A DNA stretch of 64,000 bases from contig CAWVKD010000056.1 in the NCBI GenBank assembly GCA_963929765.1, forward strand, positions 12,060 to 76,059, read 5' to 3'. This stretch comes from Clostridia bacterium (GTDB taxonomy: Bacteria > Bacillota > Clostridia > Oscillospirales > Oscillospiraceae). Position numbers and translations under genes: made by a program. Of the stretch, positions 39,321 through 50,068 are shown piece after piece; within the stretch, counting starts at the first letter, position 1, and every line of letters begins with the position of its first letter. A model generated the notes under the pieces. It ran no database searches and was not told the DNA's origin. It was given only the letters and a program-made list of their open reading frames with translations.

Positions 39321-40082
39321 ATGAAGAAACAATCCACAGCCGTAAAAAAAGACGACCTCGTATTCCATAGAATATTGATATTATTTCTGGCTTCCTTTTT
39401 ATTGGAAATTGCGTTTTTGGTCTTAAATCGGCTTTATTTACATGTGGGCACGTTTATGACTGCACATGCCATTGTGCACATTGTACAGTATATTGCCATT
39501 GGAATAGCTGCTCTTGGCATTATCCTTGCCATTGCATTGTGGAAAAAGAAAAAAGTACGTTATGGTGTATCTGTTTTCATTGCTGGCGTATTGGCGTTTG
39601 CAGCTTGCTGGTTTATGGAGTTTTTCTATCCTCATGGAGCCAAGTATCTTTGTTACATTGTTCCTATTATATTGGTATGGGGCTTGATTTATTATATTTA
39701 TCAAAGAGAGTTCCTTGTTTCAGTCGTGATTGGTACAGTAGTTTTAATCGATTTGTGGTTGATTCGTCGAGTGGTGGGGAACAACAATTGGACAGGAGTT
39801 CTTTGGGGGATTACCATTGTGATTGCTGTTTTGCTTATTGCATGTGCGGTTTCAGCATGGCAGCTTAGTAAAACATATGGAAGAGCAAAGTTATTTGGAA
39901 AACCTTGCATATTGCTCTCAAAGACTACAAAATATCAACCGATTTATGCTTCTTGTGTGATTGGGTTGATATCTGTGCTTGCGGGACTGTTATTGGGTGC
40001 TACAGCAGCATATTTTCTCATGTTCTTTATTGGTGTGTATTTGCTGGTTTTGGCGGTATATTATACGACAAAATTAATGTAA
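39321..40082 (+). CDS. hypothetical polytopic membrane protein
   Basis: About 253 aa with 6-7 TM helices. The start may be 39297 or 39321. I recognise no family. Confidence 0.6.
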   Translation: MKKQSTAVKKDDLVFHRILILFLASFLLEIAFLVLNRLYLHVGTFMTAHAIVHIVQYIAIGIAALGIILAIALWKKKKVRYGVSVFIAGVLAFAACWFMEFFYPHGAKYLCYIVPIILVWGLIYYIYQREFLVSVVIGTVVLIDLWLIRRVVGNNNWTGVLWGITIVIAVLLIACAVSAWQLSKTYGRAKLFGKPCILLSKTTKYQPIYASCVIGLISVLAGLLLGATAAYFLMFFIGVYLLVLAVYYTTKLM

Positions 40083-40086
40083 AGAT

Positions 40087-40127
40087 AAAAAGTGTCTTGC
40101 CCATCGGGCAAGACACTTTTTTGTTTG
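40087..40127 (+). terminator. intrinsic terminator
   Basis: Stem aaaagtgtcttgccc / gggcaagacactttt followed by TTGTTTG. Confidence 0.7.
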
Positions 40128-40182
40128 ATTTTGGGAAAAGATGTCCCATATATTTGCGATGTTTATAATGGAAAAGCAATTT

Positions 40183-41211
40183 TTAGCTGAATTTATACAC
40201 CCTTCTTGCCAACCGATAGACAGAAATACATAATTTTCGACCCGGAGGTCCAGGTAATCGCATAGGAGCGTTTAAACTCCAATAGCGCAACTTTCGATAT
40301 AGGGAAGTATCCCGTTCTTTCACATAGTTCCAGAGTTCTTTCCTTGTTTGCAATGCCTCTCGGCTTCCATCCAACATGAGGAGAATAGAAGAAATTGCCA
40401 TCATCATAGAAATATACCGGAACATATATTTGGCTAACTTGGGATATTTCTTTTCTACTTCATGTAAGTCTTGGCAATCCAGAATAATTTTCGTTACTCT
40501 AAGTTGCTGGTCAATTCGGGTTAACATCACCTTCTCGTTGACCGATTGATCTGATCGACCAATAAAATACCGATAAAGGTCTACGTTCATGTAGTAGATG
40601 CTCTCTACATGGGGAAGAGGTTGATAAACGAAAATATTGTCAACATAGAAAGTATGTTTGGGTAATTCTAGATTGCAATCTCGCAATAGCTGAGTGCGGT
40701 AGATGACAGAGTGCATCAGGATGTACTGAGAGATTTTAAAATGGCCTACGTCATTCCAAGTAAATACTTGATTTTCTGGCAGCACATTTTTATACTGCAT
40801 GGTAAAATGTGTGTTATCTTCCATGTGTTCATATACATAATTGCAAAGCATTAGATCCAGTGGTTTTTCACCCTGAGATAAGATAGAAAGCTGGTGGAGC
40901 ACCTGTTTCATTGCGGTTACATCCACCCAATCGTCAGAGTCTACAACTTTGTAATACATACCTTGAGCGTTTCGGATACCTTGATTAACACCTTCTCCGT
41001 GACCGCCGTTTTCCTGATGAATGACCCGGACAATATTGGGGTATTTGCGGGCATATTCGTCAGCGATTTCTCCTGTATTATCCTTCGAACCGTCGTTTAC
41101 TAAAATGATTTCAATATCTTCATCTGATCCGCCTTCTAGCAGCGTGTCGATGCAATGTCTCATGTAAGCTGCAGAATTATAGCAGGGCACTGTGAATGTA
41201 ATAAGTTTCAT
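40183..41211 (-). CDS. family 2 glycosyltransferase
   Basis: 342 aa reading FTVPCYNSAAYMRHCIDTLL...ILVNDGSKDNTGEIADEY...VVDSDDW. Its start overlaps the glf stop. Confidence 0.9.
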   Translation of the reverse strand: MKLITFTVPCYNSAAYMRHCIDTLLEGGSDEDIEIILVNDGSKDNTGEIADEYARKYPNIVRVIHQENGGHGEGVNQGIRNAQGMYYKVVDSDDWVDVTAMKQVLHQLSILSQGEKPLDLMLCNYVYEHMEDNTHFTMQYKNVLPENQVFTWNDVGHFKISQYILMHSVIYRTQLLRDCNLELPKHTFYVDNIFVYQPLPHVESIYYMNVDLYRYFIGRSDQSVNEKVMLTRIDQQLRVTKIILDCQDLHEVEKKYPKLAKYMFRYISMMMAISSILLMLDGSREALQTRKELWNYVKERDTSLYRKLRYWSLNAPMRLPGPPGRKLCISVYRLARRVYKFS

Positions 41212-42392
41212 ATCGTCCTGGTCTCCTGTTCTTTTAGCAGGCGATCAGAGAGAGAGAGCGCCTGCGCTACAATGGCGTCCATGTTGTAATACCGATACTC
41301 AGCCAATCGGCCCAACAGATAGAGGTTTGGGATTTTTGAGGCGAGAGCTTGGTACTGTTCGTATAGAGCCAGATTTTTAGGGTTTAAAATAGCATAGTAA
41401 GGAATTTCCGTACTTTTTCCAGTATACGCTCTGGAGTACTCTTTGACAATGGTAGTTTTTCCCTCCATAATTTGTCCTGTGAGGTGCTTAAATTCGGTGA
41501 TTCGGGTATATGGCTCACTGACGGTGTAATTAACGGTCCCATGGGTTTGGTAGAATGTTTGGTAATATGTTTCAAAAACGAAATCTAAGGTTCTATAGGG
41601 CAATTGACCAAATACGTGATTAAATAGAGCATCTACAGCACCTGTGTAAATAACAGTACCGTAAAAAGGCTTTCCATCCAGCAGGACGGATTCTCCATCA
41701 ATGGTCAAACGGGTTTTGGCATCGACTCCTGTTTCCACGGTGATGTTGGGATGATTTAACATAGCCTCAAACAATTTTGTATAGCCTGCCTCCGGCATAC
41801 CTTGATAGGTATCCTGAAAATATCGGTCATCTCGAGAGAGCAGGACGGGTACTCGAGCTGTAACAGATGGATCTATTTCATCTGGTGCTGTACCCCATTG
41901 CTTTTGGGTATAATATACAAAAACATTTTGATATACATATTCTGCGAGTGCTTTGAGATCCGGATCAGAACTGTTGCGCAACTCTAAAATGGTTACTTTT
42001 TGACCTGCACCATATGTATGGATTAACTTCTGTTCCAGTAGAGTGGCTTGTGCTGCAGGAAATGCGGCATAGAGAGAGTTGAAGTTAAATGGAATGGGGA
42101 GAAGCATGCCGTGTATGGCGCCTACTACTTTATGCTGGTAGTTGCGCCAACGGGTGAATTGAGACAAGTAATCGTACACCCGTTTGTTATTGGTGTGAAA
42201 AATATGGGGGCCGTATTGGTGGACGAACAGGCCGTCTTTATGATAGCAATCGTATGCATTGCCGCCGACGTGATCTCGTTGTTCCAAAATGAGTACCTGC
42301 TGACCGCCGCGCGAAGCAAGTTCACGCGCAGCGACGGCGCCTGCAAAGCCGGCGCCGACAACGAGACAGTCAAAGCTGCCTTGATGTTTCAT
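41208..42392 (-). CDS. glf: UDP-galactopyranose mutase
   Basis: 394 aa from the ATG at 42392, with GGAAAGGAA upstream. FAD motif CLVVGAGFAGAVAARELA. The Glf-like resemblance holds over the full length. Confidence 0.93.
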   Translation of the reverse strand: MKHQGSFDCLVVGAGFAGAVAARELASRGGQQVLILEQRDHVGGNAYDCYHKDGLFVHQYGPHIFHTNNKRVYDYLSQFTRWRNYQHKVVGAIHGMLLPIPFNFNSLYAAFPAAQATLLEQKLIHTYGAGQKVTILELRNSSDPDLKALAEYVYQNVFVYYTQKQWGTAPDEIDPSVTARVPVLLSRDDRYFQDTYQGMPEAGYTKLFEAMLNHPNITVETGVDAKTRLTIDGESVLLDGKPFYGTVIYTGAVDALFNHVFGQLPYRTLDFVFETYYQTFYQTHGTVNYTVSEPYTRITEFKHLTGQIMEGKTTIVKEYSRAYTGKSTEIPYYAILNPKNLALYEQYQALASKIPNLYLLGRLAEYRYYNMDAIVAQALSLSDRLLKEQETRTI

Positions 42393-42942
42393 AAGTATTC
42401 GTTCCTTTCCCTTTTTGGGTATGTTCCCCTTCATTATAGACGATATATCTTCAGATTACAAAACAATTCTTGTTTTTTTATAAAAGATTTGTCACAATAT
42501 GGGCCAATGATTGAAAAGCAAGAAAGTTAATGTTGTTATGCTTAGTCTGAGAAACAGCTATAGAACAGAATCTTTGCACCTCATTTTTGCTTTTTAGCTT
42601 ATTTTTGCGTTTTACATCTTGGAACAAAGCTTTGTAATATTACATGGATTCATCTCCAAGAAGTAGTATAGACACTTTCATCAGGTTCCAGGAAAAATAT
42701 GGAAGAGATGGGTAACTTTGTTTATGGAGGAGAGCCAAAAGATTTTTGTCATTAAGAAGGAATGTGAATAACCATAGGAAATGATGAGAAAACAGGGCAA
42801 AAGCAGACATTATTCTATAAAAAAGATAATGCACAAACCGGTTGTTAAACAAAAAAAGAACGCTTTGTAAAAAACTTGGGTATATTATAGTATTTAAGTA
42901 CCAGAACAGGAAGTAATTTTGTTAGCAATTCCAAAAAAGGTC

Positions 42943-42971
42943 TGGACAGAAAATAGAATTAGATGTATAAT
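42943..42971 (+). promoter_or_regulatory. candidate sigma-A promoter of nfnAB
   Basis: TGGACA, 17 nt, TATAAT, 36 nt upstream of the ATG. Confidence 0.4.
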
Positions 42972-43006
42972 AATCGCCATAACAGGGAAAGGGGAGAACC
43001 TACCGC

Positions 43007-43852
43007 ATGTATCAAATCGTGACAAAGCGCCGCTTAAACGATATCGAAACGCTGATGGAGATCAAAGCTCCGGCAGTAGCGGCCAAAGCAAGGGCGGGGC
43101 AGTTTATTATGTTCCGCCTGGATGAGTATGGTGAGCGTGTACCGCTAACAATCGCTGGATATGACCGTGAAAAAGGTACAGTAACCATTATTTTTCAGCA
43201 TATGGGAAAATCCACAAAAATGCTGGCACAAATGGAACAAGGCGATTATATCGCAGACTTCGTAGGCCCCATGGGGAAACCCACCAACATGGAAGGTGTC
43301 AAAAAAGTGATGATTGTTGGTGGTGGTGTGGGCTGCGCCATTGGATATCCAATCGCAAAAGAGATGCACGATAAAGGCATTGAAGTCGAAATGATTGCCG
43401 GTTTTAAAAACAAAGATATTGTTATCTTGGAAGATGAAATGAAGGCTGCAACAGACAAGCTGTATCTCATGACCGATGATGGCAGTTATGGAGAAAAAGG
43501 CTTTGTAACAGTAAAGCTTCAGGAATTGCTGGAGTCTGGTGCAAAATACGATGCAGTCTATGCCATTGGTCCGCCAATCATGATGAAGTTTACCTGTGCT
43601 ACAACAAAACCTTTTGGTGTGAAAACCATTGTAAGTCTCAATCCCATTATGGTTGATGCCACTGGCATGTGTGGCGGATGCCGTGTTACTGTAGGCGGGG
43701 AAGTGAAATTTGCTTGCGTAGATGGACCGGAATTCGATGGACATCAGGTCGACTTTGATGAATTAATGCGCAGAAATGCGTTCTATAAACCAGATGAAGC
43801 GAAAGCAAATGAACATATTTGCCGTTTAACAGGAGGTGTGCGCCATGGCTAA
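43007..43852 (+). CDS. nfnA: NfnA-like ferredoxin-NADP reductase subunit (FAD/NAD-binding, 2Fe-2S)
   Basis: 281 aa with FNR-like folds and a C-terminal cluster motif MCGGCRV...FACVDGPEF. Confidence 0.85.
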   Translation: MYQIVTKRRLNDIETLMEIKAPAVAAKARAGQFIMFRLDEYGERVPLTIAGYDREKGTVTIIFQHMGKSTKMLAQMEQGDYIADFVGPMGKPTNMEGVKKVMIVGGGVGCAIGYPIAKEMHDKGIEVEMIAGFKNKDIVILEDEMKAATDKLYLMTDDGSYGEKGFVTVKLQELLESGAKYDAVYAIGPPIMMKFTCATTKPFGVKTIVSLNPIMVDATGMCGGCRVTVGGEVKFACVDGPEFDGHQVDFDELMRRNAFYKPDEAKANEHICRLTGGVRHG

Positions 43853-45230
43853 TATGTCTCCCAAAAAGAATCCGATGCCGGAACAGGAGCCGCTGGTTCG
43901 CAATAGAAATTTTGATGAAGTTGCAAAGGGTTATACCAAAGAAATGGCTATAGATGAAGCGACTCGTTGTTTGAACTGCAAGGCAAAGCCATGCGTATCT
44001 GGTTGCCCTGTGAATGTTCGTATTCCAGAATTTATTGAACAAGTTGCTCAAGGTAACTTTGAAGAAGCATACAAAATCATTACATCTACGAATTCTTTGC
44101 CAGCAGTTTGTGGCCGTGTATGTCCACAAGAGAATCAGTGTGAAGGACAATGTGTGCGTGGCAAAAACGGTGAACCGGTAGGAATTGGCCGGTTAGAGCG
44201 GTTTGTTGCCGATTGGCATATGGCAAACGGTAACGATCAGATTGAGGCACCAAAGAGTAATGGACACAAAGTGGCTGTGATAGGTTCTGGACCGGCAGGT
44301 CTCACATGCGCAGGAGATTTGGCAAAAGAAGGGTACGAAGTCACTATTTTCGAAACATTACATACTGCAGGTGGCGTACTGGTCTATGGTATTCCAGAAT
44401 TCCGTCTGCCGAAAGCCATTGTTGCCCGGGAAATTGAAAATTTGAAGGCAATGGGTGTAAAAGTAGAAACCAATATGGTGGTTGGCAGAACCATTTCTGT
44501 GGACGAGCTATTTGAACAAGGGTTTGAAGCTATCTTTATTGGTTCTGGTGCAGGTTTGCCCCAGTTCTTGCACATTCCTGGTGAGAACTTATTGGGAGTA
44601 TATTCTGCTAATGAGTACCTTACTAGAATCAATTTGATGAAAGCATATAAAGAAGAGTACGATACCCCGATTGCAAAGAGCAAGGCAGTTGCTGTCGTAG
44701 GCGGCGGCAACGTGGCAATGGATGCTGCTCGTTGTGCGATGCGTCTGGGTGCAGAGAAGGTATACATTGTATACCGTCGTTCTATAGAAGAACTGCCTGC
44801 CAGAGCAGAAGAAGTTCATCATGCCAAGGAAGAGCAGATCGATTTCCGCCTGTTGAATAATCCGGTGGCAATTCACGGTGATGAAGATGGCAGAGTCTGC
44901 TCTATTGAATGTGTTGAAATGGAATTGGGCGAGCCAGATGCATCAGGACGTCGTCGACCCATCGAAAAGAAGGGCTCTAACTTTAAACTGGATGTAGACA
45001 CTGTCATTATTGCCATTGGTACCAGTCCCAACCCATTGATCAAATCTACAACAGAGGGTTTGGAAACAAACAAGAAGGGGTGCATTGTGGCAGACGATGA
45101 AATGGCAACTTCCCGTCCAGGCGTATTTGCAGGTGGCGATGCAGTAACGGGTGCAGCTACTGTTATCAAGGCAATGGGCGCTGGTAAAAAGGCAGCAGCT
45201 TCTATCCGGGAGTACCTGGCTAAGAAATAA
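43845..45230 (+). CDS. nfnB: NfnB / GltD-like NADPH-dependent oxidoreductase subunit
   Basis: 461 aa from the ATG at 43845, with GGAGGTG upstream. 4Fe-4S motifs CLNC..KPC..GCPV, dinucleotide motifs VIGSGPAGLTCAGDLA and VVGGGNVAMD. Confidence 0.88.
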   Translation: MANMSPKKNPMPEQEPLVRNRNFDEVAKGYTKEMAIDEATRCLNCKAKPCVSGCPVNVRIPEFIEQVAQGNFEEAYKIITSTNSLPAVCGRVCPQENQCEGQCVRGKNGEPVGIGRLERFVADWHMANGNDQIEAPKSNGHKVAVIGSGPAGLTCAGDLAKEGYEVTIFETLHTAGGVLVYGIPEFRLPKAIVAREIENLKAMGVKVETNMVVGRTISVDELFEQGFEAIFIGSGAGLPQFLHIPGENLLGVYSANEYLTRINLMKAYKEEYDTPIAKSKAVAVVGGGNVAMDAARCAMRLGAEKVYIVYRRSIEELPARAEEVHHAKEEQIDFRLLNNPVAIHGDEDGRVCSIECVEMELGEPDASGRRRPIEKKGSNFKLDVDTVIIAIGTSPNPLIKSTTEGLETNKKGCIVADDEMATSRPGVFAGGDAVTGAATVIKAMGAGKKAAASIREYLAKK

Positions 45231-45241
45231 AGGAGTAAGAT

Positions 45242-45493
45242 ATGATTCTTCATTTTAAACCAAGAGGCGTGTGTTCCAGAGAGATGACTGTAGAATGGGA
45301 AGACGATACCATTTTATCCGTAGAGATAGAGGGTGGTTGTTCTGGTAATTTGCAGGGAATTTCCCGCTTGGTTGCAGGAATGAAGATAGATGATGCCATT
45401 CAAAAATTAGAAGGAATTCGCTGCGGGGTAAAAAAAACATCATGCCCAGACCAGCTTTCCAAAGCGCTGCGAGAAGCGAAAAACCTTAAATGA
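45242..45493 (+). CDS. stand-alone TSCPD-domain protein (TIGR03905-like)
   Basis: 83 aa reading GGCSGNLQGISRL...KKTSCPDQLSKAL. AAGGAG RBS upstream. It starts 12 nt after nfnB. Confidence 0.8.
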   Translation: MILHFKPRGVCSREMTVEWEDDTILSVEIEGGCSGNLQGISRLVAGMKIDDAIQKLEGIRCGVKKTSCPDQLSKALREAKNLK

Positions 45494-45515
45494 TGGATCT
45501 TATTTTAACACGGAT

Positions 45516-45564
45516 GGGCAATTTCGCCTGTGAAGAATACACAGGCGAAATTGCCCCTCTTTTA
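45516..45564 (+). terminator. intrinsic terminator after the TSCPD gene
   Basis: Perfect 17-bp stem gggcaatttcgcctgtg / cacaggcgaaattgccc with a 7-nt loop, followed by CTCTTTT. Confidence 0.7.
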
Positions 45565-45580
45565 CAAATGTGAAGGAGTA

Positions 45581-45628
45581 CGTCTGATTGTCAAAGCAGT
45601 TTTGTAAAACTGCTTTGACAATCAGACG
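45581..45628. repeat. 48-nt inverted repeat (23-bp perfect arms, 2-nt centre)
   Basis: cgtctgattgtcaaagcagtttt gt aaaactgctttgacaatcagacg. I checked complementarity base by base. Confidence 0.9.
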
Positions 45629-45635
45629 ATGGAGA

Positions 45636-46268
45636 ATGCAAAAAAGGGGGGACAAGCATTTGGATCTGGACCAAGTAAAGAAAACTATAGGGTATTTTTG
45701 CCCTTCATGCAGACAGCCGGTGACATCAACAAAAACGTTGTTTACACTGATGGCATCTCCTACAAAAATTTCCTGTGATTGTGGCCGCTCCCAGGGAGAA
45801 CTCACGATAATGGAAGATAAATTTCAATTAACAGTACCATGTCTCTTTTGTGGAAAAACCCATACAGTTGTAGGCCCTATGGATCATTTTTTAGAAGAGA
45901 CTTTGGCATTTTCCTGCAAAGCATCTGGTCTTGCATGTTGTTTTATTGGAGAGGAAAAGAAAGTTTTGACTGCGATGACGCGTTTGCGAGAGACAGTGGA
46001 GAAAATGGGGGAGAGACCGAAAGAAAAGGACGCTGCATTTTTAGATGCTCTGGTGATGGAAGAGGTGCTGGGAGAGCTGAAGGAAATTGCAAAACGAGAT
46101 GGAATTTCCTGCACTTGCGGTTCCCATCAGTGGAGGATAGATGTGAAGTATAGCTCAATCGATCTTATTTGTGCAAATTGTGGAGGAGCTGTGCGGATTC
46201 CAGCCGCAACACAAGACGATATTGACGACATTTGTTGTAAGAACCGAATTTTAATCAAAAAGGTGTAG
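45636..46268 (+). CDS. hypothetical Cys-rich protein (repeated zinc-ribbon-like modules)
   Basis: The frame is open from 45588. Candidate starts are TTG 45588 (AGGAG 9 nt upstream, but inside the palindrome), ATG 45636, and TTG 45660 (GGGGGG 7 nt upstream). Motifs are CPSC, ISCDCG, CLFCG, ISCTCG and CANCGG. Confidence 0.6.
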   Translation: MQKRGDKHLDLDQVKKTIGYFCPSCRQPVTSTKTLFTLMASPTKISCDCGRSQGELTIMEDKFQLTVPCLFCGKTHTVVGPMDHFLEETLAFSCKASGLACCFIGEEKKVLTAMTRLRETVEKMGERPKEKDAAFLDALVMEEVLGELKEIAKRDGISCTCGSHQWRIDVKYSSIDLICANCGGAVRIPAATQDDIDDICCKNRILIKKV

Positions 46269-46306
46269 ACAATTTTCAGGGATTGTGATAGGCTTGCGGA
46301 TAATAA

Positions 46307-47809
<1,503 letters not shown>

Positions 47810-47812
47810 AAT

Positions 47813-47857
47813 ATTCCGCCCTGTGCTATCAATCAGCACAGGGCGGAATGTTTTTTA
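47813..47857. terminator. bidirectional intrinsic terminator (guaB / cobB convergent)
   Basis: Stem attccgccctgtgct / agcacagggcggaat followed by GTTTTTT. Confidence 0.7.
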
Positions 47858-47880
47858 TTTATAGAAGAGCCTCTGAGTTA

Positions 47881-48603
47881 TTAAACCACGATTTGAGAGA
47901 GTACTTCCCCGATGGGTTGGTTGATAGAAAGAGCTGCACTTTTATCATAATCGGTAGCCGCTTTATTGATGACAACAAGTTTATCACCAGTAAAATACCG
48001 AACCAGACCAGCGGCAGGGTAGACAACCAGAGATGTTCCACCGATAATAAGCATATCAGCGTTGGCGATAGCTTCGGCAGATGCATTCATAACGCTCATA
48101 TCAAGAGGCTCTTCATACAGAACCACATCTGGTTTCACAATGCCGGAACAGGCTGTACAATGGGGCACACCTTCTTGCGACATAACAAAGTCCAAATCAT
48201 AAAAACGACCACAGTCCATGCAATGATTACGATAAACAGAACCATGAAGTTCCAGTACGTGTTTGGCACCACCCATTTGATGGAGATTGTCAATATTCTG
48301 CGTGATAATGGCTTGTAATTTGCCTGCTTGTTCCAGTTCAGCTAATTTTAAATGGGCAGCATTTGGTTTTGCCGTCCGGCAAACCATCTTTTGACGATAA
48401 AAATCAAAAAATTCCTGTGTATGTTTCAAGAAAAAGGTGTGGCTTAGCATTGTTTCCGGTGGATATTGAAATTGCTGGTGGTAAAGGCCATCAACGCTGC
48501 GAAAATCGGGGATGCCGCTTTCGGTTGAGACACCGGCACCGCCAAAAAAAACAATATTTTTACTTTCATTGATCATCTGCTGTAAAGCTGCGATCTGGTC
48601 CAT
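47881..48603 (-). CDS. cobB: NAD-dependent protein deacylase (Sir2 family)
   Basis: 240 aa with GAGVSTESGIPDFRS, QNIDNLH, and the zinc motif CMDCG...CTACSG. Confidence 0.9.
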   Translation of the reverse strand: MDQIAALQQMINESKNIVFFGGAGVSTESGIPDFRSVDGLYHQQFQYPPETMLSHTFFLKHTQEFFDFYRQKMVCRTAKPNAAHLKLAELEQAGKLQAIITQNIDNLHQMGGAKHVLELHGSVYRNHCMDCGRFYDLDFVMSQEGVPHCTACSGIVKPDVVLYEEPLDMSVMNASAEAIANADMLIIGGTSLVVYPAAGLVRYFTGDKLVVINKAATDYDKSAALSINQPIGEVLSQIVV

Positions 48604-48711
48604 GAAAATCCTCCTTCACCTTTTTTCTTCAGTATATCACAAAAGATAAAACAGTGAAAAGAAATTTGTTCATTGTTACTGGACGTAGTTTTGGAGTTGA
48701 ATATCTTTTTG

Positions 48712-48746
48712 CAAAAAAAATCTCCGCCAGAAACCTGGCGGAGATT
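48712..48746 (-). terminator. intrinsic terminator after tRNA-Thr
   Basis: On the minus strand: ATCTCCGCCAG-gttt-CTGGCGGAGAT followed by TTTTTTTT. Confidence 0.65.
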
Positions 48747-48747
48747 T

Positions 48748-48823
48748 TGGAGCTGGAAACGTGACTTGAACACGCGACCTGCTGATTACGAATCAGCTGC
48801 TCTACCGACTGAGCTATTCCAGC
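48748..48823 (-). tRNA. tRNA-Thr (anticodon CGU)
   Basis: Manual cloverleaf, 76 nt: acceptor GCTGGAA/TTCCAGC, D arm GCTC-AGTCGGTA-GAGC, anticodon arm GCTGA-TTCGTAA-TCAGC, T arm GCGTG-TTCAAGT-CACGT, encoded CCA. Confidence 0.93.
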
Positions 48824-48867
48824 GAAAAAATAATACCAATCTCTACATTATATCAAACGTACTCCTT

Positions 48868-48897
48868 ATTATACTTGAATCTGTGTAGATTTGTCAA
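48868..48897 (-). promoter_or_regulatory. candidate sigma-A promoter of tRNA-Thr
   Basis: On the minus strand: TTGACA, 18 nt, TATAAT, about 45 nt upstream of the tRNA 5' end. Confidence 0.45.
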
Positions 48898-49124
48898 CCA
48901 CTTCATCATGATGCTTGACTTACTTTGTGAATGTTGGTTTCGATGATTTTTTTGCGGCAGTTATGAGGTGATAAGCAGAAAACGTTTGGTGCTTTTCTAA
49001 ATGGGAATTTTATCGAAAAAGAGACCCTTGAATGTCCCCAGAAAGAATTGGTATTAAAATCCTTTCCGGGGATAAGGGAGTTCATTTGTTTATAATTGTT
49101 CCTAACAGCAAAAGACCATTTTTA

Positions 49125-49997
49125 TCAGCCCTTAACATGCAACAGAGAAGAGATACTTTCGCTGATTTTTTTTGCAATATAAGGATTGTTCATGGTATAT
49201 AAGTGGATTCCATCTACGTTATGGGCAATGAGATCCACAATTTGGTTAATGGCGTAGGCGATTCCAGCATCTCGGAGTGCCTCTGGGTGATGCTCGTATT
49301 TTTGCATCATTTTTGTAAATTTGGGTGGAAGACTAGCACCGCATAATACGACCATTTTCTCAATTTGTTTTTTATTGGTGACAGGCATGATACCTGCTTC
49401 AATAGGGACGGTGATACCTGCAATTCTTGCTCGTTCCAAAAAGGAGTAAAAATAACTATTGTCGAAAAAGAGTTGAGAAACAAGATGATCAGCGCCAGCA
49501 TCAACTTTTTTTCGCAGATACAATATGTCATCTACCAGTGTGGGAGAATCCTGGTGGCCTTCCGGGTAACAGGCGCCAGAAACGCTGAATGAACTATGTT
49601 CTTTGATATAAGATACCAATTCGTTGGCGTGGAGAAACTCATTTTTCGGAGGGATGTCAGGGTTGATATCGCCACGCAAAGCCAAAATGTTTTCGATTCC
49701 GTTGTCTTGTAGTCTCTTTAAATTGATGTCAATATCTTCTTTGGAACTATTGATACAGGTTAGGTGGGCCAGTGGTTCGATTTGGTATTTGTGCTTGATG
49801 ATAGATGCAATATCGCAAGTAGAGGTATCTGCTGCGTTACCACCTGCGCCATAAGTGACACTGATAAAGTCAGGATGCAGATCGTGTAATGCGTCTAGAG
49901 TTTGATAGATTGTTTCCACAGGACTTGTCTTCTTTGGTGGAAATACTTCGAAAGAAAAAACTGTTTTGTCAGATGAAAACATAGTTGGAATTTTCAT
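49125..49997 (-). CDS. metF: 5,10-methylenetetrahydrofolate reductase
   Basis: 290 aa reading FSFEVFPPKK...ISVTYGAGG...HLTC...ALRGD. This is MetF-like over the full length. GGGAGGG RBS upstream. Confidence 0.92.
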   Translation of the reverse strand: MKIPTMFSSDKTVFSFEVFPPKKTSPVETIYQTLDALHDLHPDFISVTYGAGGNAADTSTCDIASIIKHKYQIEPLAHLTCINSSKEDIDINLKRLQDNGIENILALRGDINPDIPPKNEFLHANELVSYIKEHSSFSVSGACYPEGHQDSPTLVDDILYLRKKVDAGADHLVSQLFFDNSYFYSFLERARIAGITVPIEAGIMPVTNKKQIEKMVVLCGASLPPKFTKMMQKYEHHPEALRDAGIAYAINQIVDLIAHNVDGIHLYTMNNPYIAKKISESISSLLHVKG

Positions 49998-50068
49998 GGA
50001 AAGCCCTCCCTTTGATGTGTTGGTTGCTCTTCATTATATACGATGTCAAGACAGAAAACAAGGAAATG

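Noticed and set aside
42640-42852. 70-aa minus-strand ORF in the glf-nfnA gap
   Set aside because: It has hydrophobic, low-complexity sequence, no RBS and no promoter context.
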